64,000 bases of DNA, taken from positions 7,375-71,374 of the forward strand of contig CAYLJU010000003.1 of assembly GCA_964384115.1 (NCBI GenBank). Reading direction: 5' to 3'. Shown in pieces: positions 27,690-38,178 of this stretch; positions within the stretch are counted from its first letter, which is position 1, and each line of letters opens with the position of its first letter. The notes below the pieces were generated by a model. That model ran no database searches and was not told where the DNA came from. It saw only the letters and a list, made by a program, of their open reading frames with translations. The DNA is from an uncultured Muribaculaceae bacterium. GTDB lineage: Bacteria > Bacillota_I > Bacilli_A > RF39 > UBA660. A program made the translations under genes and the position numbers.

Positions 27690-29447
27690 TTATGCTTTAT
27701 TTGCTTTCCATGTTTCATAAACATCACAGCTAGAACTGTATGGTGCGGGATCTGGCATTTGCATTTTTACTATCATTGGTATTTTAAATGCTTTTCCAAA
27801 TGCTACGCATGTTCCTGGTTGTAAGGACTTTTGTTTTTCAATTATTTCATTATTTATATTTGGTAACATCATTTTAATATATTCTAAATCCCTTGGATGG
27901 TTCATTTTAAATATCATAAAATTAGAACATTGTGATATTACTGTTTCTGATAATTCTACTGGTCTTTGGGATATTAAATTTAACATTACACCGTATTTTC
28001 TTCCTTCTTTGGCTACGCGTTCAAATATATTATAGCCTATTAAATATGTGTCTTCATCATTTTTTACATATCTATGGGCTTCTTCTAAAAATATATGGAA
28101 TGGTATTGATGCTCTTGTTTTTAAACTTTTTGCAAAATTAAATAACATTTTAGTGAATATTTTTGTAACAGCTTTAGCAAAACTATCATCTACTTCTTCG
28201 AGATTAAAATTGATTATTTGAACTTTTTTATTATTACTTGATATTAGAGATGCTATATATTTTTCTCTTGTCATATATGTTGGTAATTTAAAGTAATTAG
28301 AATTTTCTCCTATTACTAAAGCATGTAATTTTACTTTAAGTGTTACAGCATCACCATATGTTTGTTCATTTCTTAAAAATCCTTCAGATATTAATGTGAA
28401 TGATAATGCTTGTTCAAAATCTTCTAATGTATAATATCCTATGCTACTAGCTTCATATTTTTCTAAATCATCATTAATAAATCCTTGGATATATTGAGTT
28501 ATTAGAACACTTTCACAGAAGTTACCGGCTGTATCAATTATAAAGCATTCTCTAAATCTTCTTTGATATCCTATTCCTTGAATGATTGTTTCTAAATTGA
28601 ATTCTGGTGTTGAACATGTTTGAATTATACTAAATATATCATTTCTTTTAGATGCTGATGTTTGATTAGTATATAGTATTGTCATTATTGCTTTTGCAAT
28701 TAAATGGTTTTTATATTTTTGGGCTTCAACTCCATTTTCAGCAAATATGGCAACTAATTTAAGAGCACGCTCTAATATAGTTATTTGTCCATGATTTGTT
28801 GCGCCCAATAGTATAGCAATATCATCAACGTCTAAAAGCCATAATGGTATTTGTAATATTTCTCCTTCGGTATCATGTAGATTAGTTGTATAGTATTTGA
28901 AATTTAAATTGACATTGTATTTATTTATATCTTTAAAGGCATTATGATATTCTCCATAGGCATCAAATATAAATATGTTTGATCTAAATGGTAGATAGTT
29001 TTTATTATTAAATACATTTTGCAAAAGACGGGCAACACCGCATGATTTTCCGGAACCGGTATTTCCAAATATGGCCATGTGATTACTGAATAAATCGTTA
29101 TATTTTATTCTGACTGGACAATCGTCATATAATGGTGAGTATCCTAGTAACATTGTATCTTGTCCTTCTTCACCCACTATCATACGCATTTCACTTGGTT
29201 CAATTGCTCTTATTTTGCTTGTTAAGCTAGGTTTTCTTATAACTCCACCTATAAATTTTCCATTTACAATTTCTCCTAAAAATGATATTTTTATTTCCTT
29301 ATCACTTATATCATCTACTTCACCTAATATTTGTTTTTTTTCATCTTCAAATATAACATGTAAATTCATGATATCATTTATAACTACACCTTGTATTAAT
29401 TCTACTCGTGCGATGTTATCGCCTATATATAATATTTTTCCAAACAT
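27690..29447 (-). CDS. HerA/FtsK-superfamily ATPase (HAS-barrel + P-loop), paralog 2 (~50% identical to 12352-14145)
   Basis: Walker A GNTGSGKS and Walker B HIFLEEAHRY, plus ISQRPVELSETVISQCSNFMIFK. Collinear with paralog 1 along its whole length. Confidence 0.75.
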   Translation of the reverse strand: MFGKILYIGDNIARVELIQGVVINDIMNLHVIFEDEKKQILGEVDDISDKEIKISFLGEIVNGKFIGGVIRKPSLTSKIRAIEPSEMRMIVGEEGQDTMLLGYSPLYDDCPVRIKYNDLFSNHMAIFGNTGSGKSCGVARLLQNVFNNKNYLPFRSNIFIFDAYGEYHNAFKDINKYNVNLNFKYYTTNLHDTEGEILQIPLWLLDVDDIAILLGATNHGQITILERALKLVAIFAENGVEAQKYKNHLIAKAIMTILYTNQTSASKRNDIFSIIQTCSTPEFNLETIIQGIGYQRRFRECFIIDTAGNFCESVLITQYIQGFINDDLEKYEASSIGYYTLEDFEQALSFTLISEGFLRNEQTYGDAVTLKVKLHALVIGENSNYFKLPTYMTREKYIASLISSNNKKVQIINFNLEEVDDSFAKAVTKIFTKMLFNFAKSLKTRASIPFHIFLEEAHRYVKNDEDTYLIGYNIFERVAKEGRKYGVMLNLISQRPVELSETVISQCSNFMIFKMNHPRDLEYIKMMLPNINNEIIEKQKSLQPGTCVAFGKAFKIPMIVKMQMPDPAPYSSSCDVYETWKANKA

Positions 29448-29450
29448 AAA

Positions 29451-29741
29451 TTATAACATTTCTAATATTTTAGAAACCCTTTCATCTTTTATTTTTTCTA
29501 AATCTTTTTTTATTTTTTCGTCTCTTTTTATTATGCCTAATTTTTCTTCGTATTGCTCAAGTTTTATTTCACATGATTTTATTTGTTTATGGACTGCATT
29601 TCTGCTTATGTTATAGTTTTGAGCGATTTCTGATAATGATAAATTTTCAAAATAATAATCTTTAAAATATATTTGTTCTTTTTCTGTTAATAAATTTCCA
29701 TAATAATCAAATAATTTAGTATATTTTAGTACATTATCCAT
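29451..29741 (-). CDS. ylxM: YlxM/UPF0122 sigma-70-region-4-like putative DNA-binding protein
   Basis: 96 aa with an HTH (LSLSEIAQNYNISRNAVH). Sits between ftsY and the ffh region as in Bacillus. Confidence 0.7.
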   Translation of the reverse strand: MDNVLKYTKLFDYYGNLLTEKEQIYFKDYYFENLSLSEIAQNYNISRNAVHKQIKSCEIKLEQYEEKLGIIKRDEKIKKDLEKIKDERVSKILEML

Positions 29742-30042
29742 TAAATATTCCCCATATTCCTGTTATTATAAAAAATACTGCAAAACATATATATAGTGTT
29801 GTAAAATTTTTTCTTTTATATATTTTATGATTATTTATGGCTAGCGTGAATAATAATATACTTATTGCAAAGTCTGATAGAAACTTATATTTGCGCACAA
29901 CTAAATAAGTATATATAAATGTCCCTATGGCAATTATTAGGGCGAAAACTTGTAGCAAAAATAACCAATCTTTCATTTTATAATCTTTTATTTTTTTTGT
30001 TACTTTAGAACTTTCTGTATTACTTTTCATCATTTTTATCAC
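29734..30042 (-). CDS. small hypothetical membrane protein (2-3 TM)
   Basis: 102-aa ORF overlapping both the ftsY 3' end and the ylxM start. It may not be real. Confidence 0.3.
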   Translation of the reverse strand: MIKMMKSNTESSKVTKKIKDYKMKDWLFLLQVFALIIAIGTFIYTYLVVRKYKFLSDFAISILLFTLAINNHKIYKRKNFTTLYICFAVFFIITGIWGIFNG

Positions 30043-30994
30043 CTAAATCTTTGAATAATCCATAAATATATGATTCAATATCAAATGACTTTAAGTCATT
30101 ATATCCTTCTCCTAAACCAATGTATTTTACTGGTATTTTGACTTCATCTTTAATTGCGAGTACGATTCCGCCTTTAGCGCTACCATCAAGTTTTGTTAAA
30201 ACTATTCCTGTTATATCTGTTATTTCCTTAAAACTTTTAGCTTGTGATATACCATTTTGTCCTGTTGTTGCATCAATTACTAATAGTGTTTCATGTGGTG
30301 CTGATGGGATAATTTGTTTTATTACTTTATTTATTTTAGCTAATTCATTCATTAAATTTATTTTATTCTGTAATCTTCCAGCTGTATCTATTAATATAAC
30401 ATCATAATCTAAGCCTTTTTTTAATCCATCATAAACAACACTTGCTGGATCAGTTGATTCTTTATAATATACATCACATGATGCTTTTCTTCCCCATTCT
30501 TGAATTTGTTCAATCGCTCCTGCTCTAAAAGTGTCGCCTGCTATTAATAATACTTTTTTACCTTTATTTACTAATTGATAAGCAATTTTTCCTATTGTTG
30601 TTGTTTTACCTACTCCATTAACGCCTACGAACAGTAATACTGTTGGTCCTTCTTTATTAACATTTATTTTATTTGTTAATATATCGCCATCAACATATAT
30701 GATAAGCATTTCGTCTACTATTATTTCTTTTAATTCTTCTGGACTTGTTATTTTTTCTTCTTTTACTCTTTTTCTTAGTTTATCTACTAATTTCATAACA
30801 GTATCGACGCCAATATCAGCCATGATTAATATTTCTTCTAGTTCATCAAAATATTCATTTGTTAGTTCTTTATATTTCTTTGATAAGCCACCTAACTTTG
30901 ATGTAAAATTTTCTCTTGTTTTTTCTAATGCTTTTTCATATTCTTTAGTGTCTGGTTTATTCCAGAGATTCTTGAATTTTTCAAATAGTTTCAT
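30020..30994 (-). CDS. ftsY: signal recognition particle receptor FtsY
   Basis: NG domain with GVNGVGKTTT and DTAGR. 324 aa. Confidence 0.9.
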   Translation of the reverse strand: MKLFEKFKNLWNKPDTKEYEKALEKTRENFTSKLGGLSKKYKELTNEYFDELEEILIMADIGVDTVMKLVDKLRKRVKEEKITSPEELKEIIVDEMLIIYVDGDILTNKINVNKEGPTVLLFVGVNGVGKTTTIGKIAYQLVNKGKKVLLIAGDTFRAGAIEQIQEWGRKASCDVYYKESTDPASVVYDGLKKGLDYDVILIDTAGRLQNKINLMNELAKINKVIKQIIPSAPHETLLVIDATTGQNGISQAKSFKEITDITGIVLTKLDGSAKGGIVLAIKDEVKIPVKYIGLGEGYNDLKSFDIESYIYGLFKDLGDKNDEK

Positions 30995-31089
30995 TTTATC
31001 ACCTCTATAATTAATTATAGACTATTTTATTAATTATTGCTATATTTTTGTATGTGAAAACTAAAAAATCAATAAAATTAATTATTGAT

Positions 31090-31683
31090 TTATTCATTAA
31101 CTTGTTTACCAGATGCTGAAACATTAATTGTAAATGATGTTCCTGCATAATTAATGTCTTCTATATTATTTGTTCCACTATCATATGGCCACTGCCAATA
31201 TATCGTATGGCTTTTTGTCATATCACTTCCAACATTAATTGTTCCATTTATGGTATAGTTACTGATTGTTATTTCATTAGTTTTATTTTCATCTAAGTAA
31301 AAATGCATATTGCTTGGTGTATTTGCTGATGCAAATACTATACTATAGTCTATATTTACTTCGGAGCCTGTTCCAACAACTGTTAAAGTAAAATCTCCAC
31401 TATCACCTGGATTTATTACTTCTTCTTTACCATTATGAATATTTATTGTATCGTATAGGTTTATTTCAGTAAATTGTTCACTTTGATGATAAACATCAAA
31501 TGAAAATGACTTACTTTTTCCTATTACTTTTCCGTTTATTGTTGTTCCATAATAAGAAATAGTACCTAATATAATTGATGTGAAACCCAATATTGCGCAG
31601 ATAACTGCTAATAAAATTCTTTTATTTTTATCCATACTTTTAACTCCTATTATATTTATACCATAATATGTACTTTTTTTCAA
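31090..31683 (-). CDS. secreted/membrane-anchored protein with SipW-cognate-like signal peptide; paralogous to the N-terminal domain of 46968-48743
   Basis: N-terminal TM followed by GTISYYG. Shared blocks with the other paralog: DLYDTI, PGDxGxF, GTGS, FYLDE.KT, HTIYWxWPYDSG. Confidence 0.45.
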   Translation of the reverse strand: MKKSTYYGINIIGVKSMDKNKRILLAVICAILGFTSIILGTISYYGTTINGKVIGKSKSFSFDVYHQSEQFTEINLYDTINIHNGKEEVINPGDSGDFTLTVVGTGSEVNIDYSIVFASANTPSNMHFYLDENKTNEITISNYTINGTINVGSDMTKSHTIYWQWPYDSGTNNIEDINYAGTSFTINVSASGKQVNE

Positions 31684-31772
31684 TCTTTTTTTTAATTTAT
31701 GTTAACTTGCAAAGAAATAAAAAAAAGTATATAATTATAAAGTCAAATTTTTTTAATGAAAGGAGGGAAAAA

Positions 31773-33437
31773 ATGAAAGAGACTAAAGTTTTTGCTTTAG
31801 GTGGTTTATGTGAAGTTGGTAAAAACATGTATGTTGTTATGCATGATAATGAAATAATTATTGTTGATGCTGGTGTTATATTTCCTGAAAGTGATATTAA
31901 GGGTGTTGACTATGTTATTCCTGATTATACTTTTTTAAAGCAAAATGAAAGTAAAATTAAAGCACTTTTTATAACACATGGTCACGAAGATCATATTGGT
32001 GGTATTGTTTCATTATTACAAACTGTAAATATTCCATATATTTATGCACCTAATCAAGCATGTGGTTTAATAAGAAAAAAAATTGCTGAAAAAAATATAC
32101 CTTATAAAAATTTAATTGTTTATACTGAAAAAACTGTTGTTAAAACTAATTATTTTAATGTTGAATTTTTTATAACAACTCACTCAATACCTGATTCACA
32201 TGGCGTGTGTATTCATTCTCCAAATGGTTCAATTGTTATTACTGGTGATTTTAAATTTGATTTAACTCCTATTGGTCCAGTTGCAAATCTTCATAAGATG
32301 GCAAGTATTGGTAAAAAAGGAGTAACTCTTTTATTGAGTGATAGCACAAATGCTTTAAATCCTGGTATGAGCAAATCTGAATCTAAGGTTGATGAGGCTT
32401 TGAATGATATTTTTGATTGTACTGATGGTAGAATTATAATTGCTACATTTGCTTCAAATATTTATAGATTAAAGCATATTGTTGATACTTGTTATAGGAG
32501 AGGCAGAAAAATTGCAATATTTGGTAGAAGTATGGAAAATAATATAGAAATTTCTATTGAAGGTGGATATATTAAACATAAAGATATTTTTGTAACACCT
32601 GAAGAAGCTAATAAATTACCTTTAAATAAAGTATGTTTACTTTGTACTGGTTCTCAAGGTGAACCACTTGCTGCTTTAACTAGAATTGCTGATGGAAGTC
32701 ATAGACAGATAAAGATTCAAGAAGGAGATACGGTTATTTTTTCTTCTTCTACTATTCCTGGTAATGCTTTAAGTATTTCTAGAACTATTAATAAATTATA
32801 TTTAAAAGGTGTTAATGTATATACTAATACTTCATTAAATGATATTCATACTACTGGTCATGGTAGTGAGGAAGAATTAAAATTGATGTTAAGACTTATA
32901 AATCCAAGGTATTTTATGCCTGTACATGGTGAATATAGAATGCTTAAAAGGCATGCTGAAATTGCTATTGAATGTGGTATACCTGAAGAAAATACATTTG
33001 TTTTAAATAATGGTGATGTCTTATCTATAAATAAAGGTAAAGTTAAAAAAGATGGTAGTGTTCCTGCTAATGATATATATGTTGATGGAAATCGTTTAGG
33101 AGATGTTTCTAATTCTGTTATGAGAGATAGGAGGTCTATGAGTAATGATGGTATTGTTATTGCTTGCGCGACTATTTCAAATGATAAATTACTTACTAAG
33201 CCTAATATTACTACTAGAGGTTTTGTTACTGTTAATGAAAGTGAAGGTATTTTAAAAAATTTGGAAAGTATTTGTTCAAGTATTATTTTAAAATCTATTA
33301 AGAAAAATAAAAATGATATTAAATCTGATATTATTTCTAATCTTTCTAGTTATATTAAAAATGAAACTGGTAGAAATCCTATTATTTTACCTATTATTAC
33401 TGAAGTTGAGGAAAAGGTAGTTTCTTTGAATAAATAA
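31773..33437 (+). CDS. rnj: ribonuclease J (metallo-beta-lactamase/beta-CASP RNase)
   Basis: HGHEDH motif and beta-CASP region. The start is chosen at MKETKVFALGG with a GGAGGG RBS; the longer ORF upstream is unlikely to be translated. Confidence 0.85.
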   Translation: MKETKVFALGGLCEVGKNMYVVMHDNEIIIVDAGVIFPESDIKGVDYVIPDYTFLKQNESKIKALFITHGHEDHIGGIVSLLQTVNIPYIYAPNQACGLIRKKIAEKNIPYKNLIVYTEKTVVKTNYFNVEFFITTHSIPDSHGVCIHSPNGSIVITGDFKFDLTPIGPVANLHKMASIGKKGVTLLLSDSTNALNPGMSKSESKVDEALNDIFDCTDGRIIIATFASNIYRLKHIVDTCYRRGRKIAIFGRSMENNIEISIEGGYIKHKDIFVTPEEANKLPLNKVCLLCTGSQGEPLAALTRIADGSHRQIKIQEGDTVIFSSSTIPGNALSISRTINKLYLKGVNVYTNTSLNDIHTTGHGSEEELKLMLRLINPRYFMPVHGEYRMLKRHAEIAIECGIPEENTFVLNNGDVLSINKGKVKKDGSVPANDIYVDGNRLGDVSNSVMRDRRSMSNDGIVIACATISNDKLLTKPNITTRGFVTVNESEGILKNLESICSSIILKSIKKNKNDIKSDIISNLSSYIKNETGRNPIILPIITEVEEKVVSLNK

Positions 33438-33499
33438 GTTAAAAATTTATATAAATATATTATTTAAGAAGTATAAAAAAAGTGCAGTTTTGCACTTTT

Positions 33500-34381
33500 T
33501 TATTTTTTTGTTTTTATATATTTATATACTTCTTCAATTGTTTTGTCAAAATTATTATAGTCAACATTAAACCATTTTATATTCATTTGATTATTAAACC
33601 ATGTATATTGTCTTTTAGCATAATTTCTTGATTTTTGTTTTATTTTTTCTATACATTCATTTAATTTACACTTATTTTCAAAATATGGAAATAATTCTTT
33701 ATATCCAATTGGTGTCATAACTGCTTTTGATATAATTTTAGTATCATATATTTTTTTTGCTTCTTCGATTAATCCTAATTCAACCATTTTATCTACTCTA
33801 TTATTTATTTTTTCATATAATTTTTGTCTATCTGTTGTTAATCCTATAAAAATAGTATCGTATAATAGTTTATCTGTTTTTTCTTTACTACTCAATGGTT
33901 TTTTATTTTCATTATAATAGTTTAATGCTCTAATGATTCTTTTTCTATTGTTTGGATGAATTAATGTGTTTTGATCAACTTCAATTAATTTTTTATATAA
34001 TTCTTCTGTACTTTCATTTTCATAATTGTTTTTATTATTTTCTTCTTCAAATTTATAATCATATAAACATGCTTTTATATAAAGTCCTGTTCCACCTACT
34101 ATAATGGGTGTTTTTTGTCTGTTTAGAATATCATCTATACATTGTCTAGCATCTTTTTGATAGTCATAAACAGTATAATTTTCATTTATGTTTTTTATAT
34201 CTATTAAATGATGTTTAATTCCTTCTTTTTCTTCTTCTGTTACTTTAGCTGTTGCTATATCTAAATCTTTAAATACTTGTGTGCTATCTGCATTAATGAT
34301 TTCACCATTTAATTTTTTAGCAAGCTCAATGCTTAATTTTGTTTTTCCTGTCGCTGTTGGACCTGTTATTACTATTACCAT
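33500..34381 (-). CDS. miaA: tRNA dimethylallyltransferase MiaA
   Basis: P-loop GPTATGKT. 293 aa. Confidence 0.9.
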   Translation of the reverse strand: MVIVITGPTATGKTKLSIELAKKLNGEIINADSTQVFKDLDIATAKVTEEEKEGIKHHLIDIKNINENYTVYDYQKDARQCIDDILNRQKTPIIVGGTGLYIKACLYDYKFEEENNKNNYENESTEELYKKLIEVDQNTLIHPNNRKRIIRALNYYNENKKPLSSKEKTDKLLYDTIFIGLTTDRQKLYEKINNRVDKMVELGLIEEAKKIYDTKIISKAVMTPIGYKELFPYFENKCKLNECIEKIKQKSRNYAKRQYTWFNNQMNIKWFNVDYNNFDKTIEEVYKYIKTKK

Positions 34382-34384
34382 AAT

Positions 34385-35407
34385 TCACCTTATAAACATG
34401 CTATCTCCAAATGAGAAAAAGCGATATTCTTCTTTTACTGCTTCATTATAAGCGTTTAGAATTATTGTTTTTGATGCAAATGCACTTACTAGCATAACTA
34501 ATGTTGATTTTGGTAAATGAAAGTTTGTTATTAGTCCATCAATTGCTTTAAATTTAAATCCTGGGTATATAAATATTTTGGTAAAGCCACTGCATTCTTT
34601 AAATTTTCCATATAATTCCATTACTGTTTCTAATGTTCTTGTACTAGTTGTTCCAACACTTATAATTCTTCTATTATCATTTTTAGCTTTATTTAATATT
34701 TCAGCTGTTTCTTTACTCATTTGGTAAAATTCACTGTGCATTTCATGATTTTCAACATTTTCTACATTTACTGGTCTAAATGTTCCTAATCCTACATGTA
34801 ATGTTATATTGGTTATTATAATACCTTTTTCTTTGATTTTATTTAATAGTTCAGGTGTAAAATGTAATCCAGCTGTTGGTGCGGCTGCACTGCCTATTTC
34901 TTTTGCATATACTGTTTGATATCTATTTTTATCTTTTAGTTTTTCATGAATGTAAGGTGGAAGTGGCATTTCGCCTAATTGGTCTAATATTTCATAAAAT
35001 ATTCCTTTATATTCAAATTCAATATGTCTAATTCCTTCGTCAAATACATCTACGCATTTTCCTTTTAAAATGCCACCAAAATTGATTATACTACCTTGTT
35101 TTACTCTTTTTGCTGGTTTTACTAAACATTCCCATGTATCATTTTTTATGTTTTTTAATAGTAATATTTCTATATGAGCGTTTGTTTCTTCTTTTATTCC
35201 TATTAACCTTGCTGGCATAACTTTGGTGTCATTTAATACTAATACATCGCCTTTATTTAAATATTCTATTATGTTATAAAAATGTTTATGTTCTATTTCA
35301 CCTGTTTTTCTGTCTAGTATCATTAATCTTGACGAACTTCTATCGTTAAGTGGTGTTTGTGCGATTAATTTTTCTGGTAAATAATAATCAAATTCTTCTG
35401 TTTTCAT
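34385..35407 (-). CDS. queA: S-adenosylmethionine:tRNA ribosyltransferase-isomerase QueA
   Basis: Length 340 aa, with conserved FDY.LP..LIAQ.P N-terminus and a C-terminal GTTS.R block. Confidence 0.9.
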   Translation of the reverse strand: MKTEEFDYYLPEKLIAQTPLNDRSSSRLMILDRKTGEIEHKHFYNIIEYLNKGDVLVLNDTKVMPARLIGIKEETNAHIEILLLKNIKNDTWECLVKPAKRVKQGSIINFGGILKGKCVDVFDEGIRHIEFEYKGIFYEILDQLGEMPLPPYIHEKLKDKNRYQTVYAKEIGSAAAPTAGLHFTPELLNKIKEKGIIITNITLHVGLGTFRPVNVENVENHEMHSEFYQMSKETAEILNKAKNDNRRIISVGTTSTRTLETVMELYGKFKECSGFTKIFIYPGFKFKAIDGLITNFHLPKSTLVMLVSAFASKTIILNAYNEAVKEEYRFFSFGDSMFIR

Positions 35408-35412
35408 TTACT

Positions 35413-36597
35413 TCACTTCCTTTTATAATTTATATTTGTTTTGGCAATTTCAATGCTTTTTTCACCATACTTCTTTTTTATTTGATCAATTACTTTTTCT
35501 AATTTTTCGTCTTTTATTTTTTTGTCTATATTTTCAAAAATTGATGCTTGATATCCATAATTCGCAACTAGATTATCTAGTCTTATTCCTATTAGTCTTA
35601 TGGGTTCATCTTCCCACATTTCTTTTAACAATTGTTTGGATTTTTTATATATTTCTATTCCAACATTTGTTGGGTTTACTAGTTTTGTTTGATGAGTTTT
35701 TGTTATAAAGTTATTACTTTTTATTATTACTGCTACAACATATGCATATTTTTCTTCTTTTCTGATGTCTGCTGCTACTTTTTCAGCTATTTTTCTAAGT
35801 TCATCATAGGCATCTTCTACATTTGTTATATCTATTGATAGTGTTGTTGTCATGCTTATACTTTTACAGTTTTGATTTTCACTTATAACTTCTGATTCAT
35901 CTATTCCATTTGCGATTTCTATCATATGTTTAGCTTGATTTTTAAAAAAAATGGTTAATTTTTTTTCATCATAATTTGCTAAATCTCCTATTGTTTTTAT
36001 ACCAAGTTTTACTAGTTTGGGAGAACTTTTTCTTCCTATTCCAAACAAATCTTCTATTGGCAAAGGAAACATTTTTTCTTTTATTTCATTTTTAAATAAT
36101 GTATGTATTTTGTTTGGTTTACTAAAATCTGATGCCATTTTAGCGCATAATTTATTATTAGCGATTCCTATGTTTACTGTAAATCCTAATGTTTCTTTTA
36201 TTTCTTTTTGAAGTTTTAGTGCGAATTCTAGGGGTTCACCATTAATTAATCTACTTTTTCCATAATCTATATAGCATTCATCGATTGATGCTATTTCAAT
36301 GTCTGGTGTATATTTGCTTATTAAATTAAATAGGGATTTACTCATTTTTTGATAAAATTCAAAATTGGGTGGAAACACTTTTAAAACACGACATTTTTGA
36401 CGAGCGCTATAGAGAGTTTCTGCTGTTATTATTCCTAACTTTTTGCATGGATTACTTTTTGCTAAGACTATTCCTGTTCTTTTATTTTCATCGCCACCAA
36501 TTACAGCATAACTATTGCGAATATCATATTTATATCCATTATTTAATAAGTCTATTGCACTCCAAGATAGAAATGCGTTGTTTACGTCTATATGCAT
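35413..36597 (-). CDS. dinB: DNA polymerase IV (Y-family, DinB)
   Basis: MHIDVNNAFLS N-terminus (D-x-D/N-AF), SIDE(C)Y motif. The start is trimmed to the Met preceded by GGAAAG. Confidence 0.85.
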   Translation of the reverse strand: MHIDVNNAFLSWSAIDLLNNGYKYDIRNSYAVIGGDENKRTGIVLAKSNPCKKLGIITAETLYSARQKCRVLKVFPPNFEFYQKMSKSLFNLISKYTPDIEIASIDECYIDYGKSRLINGEPLEFALKLQKEIKETLGFTVNIGIANNKLCAKMASDFSKPNKIHTLFKNEIKEKMFPLPIEDLFGIGRKSSPKLVKLGIKTIGDLANYDEKKLTIFFKNQAKHMIEIANGIDESEVISENQNCKSISMTTTLSIDITNVEDAYDELRKIAEKVAADIRKEEKYAYVVAVIIKSNNFITKTHQTKLVNPTNVGIEIYKKSKQLLKEMWEDEPIRLIGIRLDNLVANYGYQASIFENIDKKIKDEKLEKVIDQIKKKYGEKSIEIAKTNINYKRK

Positions 36598-36666
36598 TAT
36601 TATTCTTTCCATGGGCATCACACAAATATTATAATTTAATGGCAAATAAAAAGCAAGATAACTTGC

Positions 36667-36849
36667 TTAAGCTTCTTCTATTTCATATATGTAAGTTGTT
36701 TCAAATTTTAATTGTCCTTCTTGCTTATTACCTCTTGCATCATATGTTTCATATTTTACGTTTGATACATTTATTAATTTTTTTTCTTTTGCATTTACAC
36801 TTATTACACAAAATAAAAGTATTATTGCTATTAGTATCATTTTTTTCAT
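36667..36849 (-). CDS. small secreted protein (signal peptide, ~60 aa)
   Basis: MKKMILIAIILLFCVISVNA signal peptide, and a strong GAGGGGG RBS 7 nt upstream of this Met. Confidence 0.4.
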   Translation of the reverse strand: MKKMILIAIILLFCVISVNAKEKKLINVSNVKYETYDARGNKQEGQLKFETTYIYEIEEA

Positions 36850-36948
36850 TAAATTTCCCCCTCTTTTTAAAAATATCATATTTTTTTTTATTTGTCATAT
36901 TTATGTTGATATTTTTTATTATATAACACTATAAAAGTAGACTTAAGT

Positions 36949-37452
36949 CTACTTTAATTTTAAAATGTATTCGTTATATGGAGTTATATTTGTTAGTTCT
37001 TTTTTAGCTCCAAAATTTGCTATTAAATTATTGCTTTCAATATTTTCTTTGTGTACATTTGTTACTATTGTTTCTATATCATTGTTTTTTAAATGTTCAC
37101 ATATTAGTTTTAATGCGCACAAGTCTAATCCTTTTTTGTGGGCTTGTTCATTGAAAAGATAATTTACAGATGCTTTTTTACCTTCTGTGCTAACACTTAT
37201 TTCACCTAATTTTTCATCATTTGATAATTCAAATATTGAATATATAACTGTATTATTTTTTATATTCTTTGTTCTAAAAACAATTTTTCCATCTGTAATT
37301 ATATTATTGCTTAATTCATTAATTTTAACTTTTAAATCATATATAACTGCAAGGTAATCTTTAGTTTTTCTTCCTTCGTTATATGCTTTTTGAGCATTTA
37401 ATAGTTTTTTGTATAAAAAACTTAAATTTTGTTCTTTATTTGTTATTTTCAT
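36949..37452 (-). CDS. GNAT-family N-acetyltransferase-like protein
   Basis: The C-terminal half has an acetyl-CoA-binding-like pattern (KGLDLCALKLICEHL ... IVTNVHKEN). 167 aa. Confidence 0.45.
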   Translation of the reverse strand: MKITNKEQNLSFLYKKLLNAQKAYNEGRKTKDYLAVIYDLKVKINELSNNIITDGKIVFRTKNIKNNTVIYSIFELSNDEKLGEISVSTEGKKASVNYLFNEQAHKKGLDLCALKLICEHLKNNDIETIVTNVHKENIESNNLIANFGAKKELTNITPYNEYILKLK

Positions 37453-37514
37453 TCAAAATTCCCCCTTAAATTACTTTAATTTTATCATATTTATTTTTTT
37501 TGTCAAATTTAATT

Positions 37515-38141
37515 TCAATTTTTTGTTGGCATGTAATAATTAGGTATTTTTCCTTGTATAACTTTCATTGCAAGGGTTACTGTTTGATTTATTTTAACGT
37601 TTTCATATGTTATTGGGAGAATAACACTACATTCTATTATAATATCAAGATATGCTGTTATTAAAGCATTGTTGATTCCATAATTTTTTACTTCTGTTCT
37701 TAGATTATTGGAAATATTTCCTACCATTTTAAATTTAATTGGCATTTTTGGTCCTTTATGTGCTAAAAAGATATTGTTTGTTGGTGCGAATAATGGCATT
37801 TTAAAAACGATAGTATTTTCCATACTATCTAATTTTTTTTGAATAATGTTGTTAATATTTACTATTTCTTCATTTATTGTTTTATTATCTATATTAATTG
37901 CTATTATTTCATCATTATCTTTTTGGATTTCAAATATATCTTTTTCTAAAGTACTTTCTTTAATTGATTCAGTTATTGTTTTGGAAATTATTTTTTTTAT
38001 TTCTGAACTTGCAAATTTTTGTGTACTTTTTTTTATTTTTTTTGATGCACATGATGTAATTAGTAAAAGAATTGCTACTATTATGATTATCCAAAATAAT
38101 TTAAAACTTTTCTTTTTTTTTAAATGAATTCTTTTTTTCAT
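37515..38141 (-). CDS. yunB: sporulation protein YunB
   Basis: N-terminal TM, then GPKMPIKFKMVGN...YGINNALITAYLDIIIE...TVTLAMKV...GKIPNYYM matching the YunB family pattern. Confidence 0.65.
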   Translation of the reverse strand: MKKRIHLKKKKSFKLFWIIIIVAILLLITSCASKKIKKSTQKFASSEIKKIISKTITESIKESTLEKDIFEIQKDNDEIIAINIDNKTINEEIVNINNIIQKKLDSMENTIVFKMPLFAPTNNIFLAHKGPKMPIKFKMVGNISNNLRTEVKNYGINNALITAYLDIIIECSVILPITYENVKINQTVTLAMKVIQGKIPNYYMPTKN

Positions 38142-38178
38142 ATTACTCCCTATTAATAGTATGAAAAAAGAATGAGAA

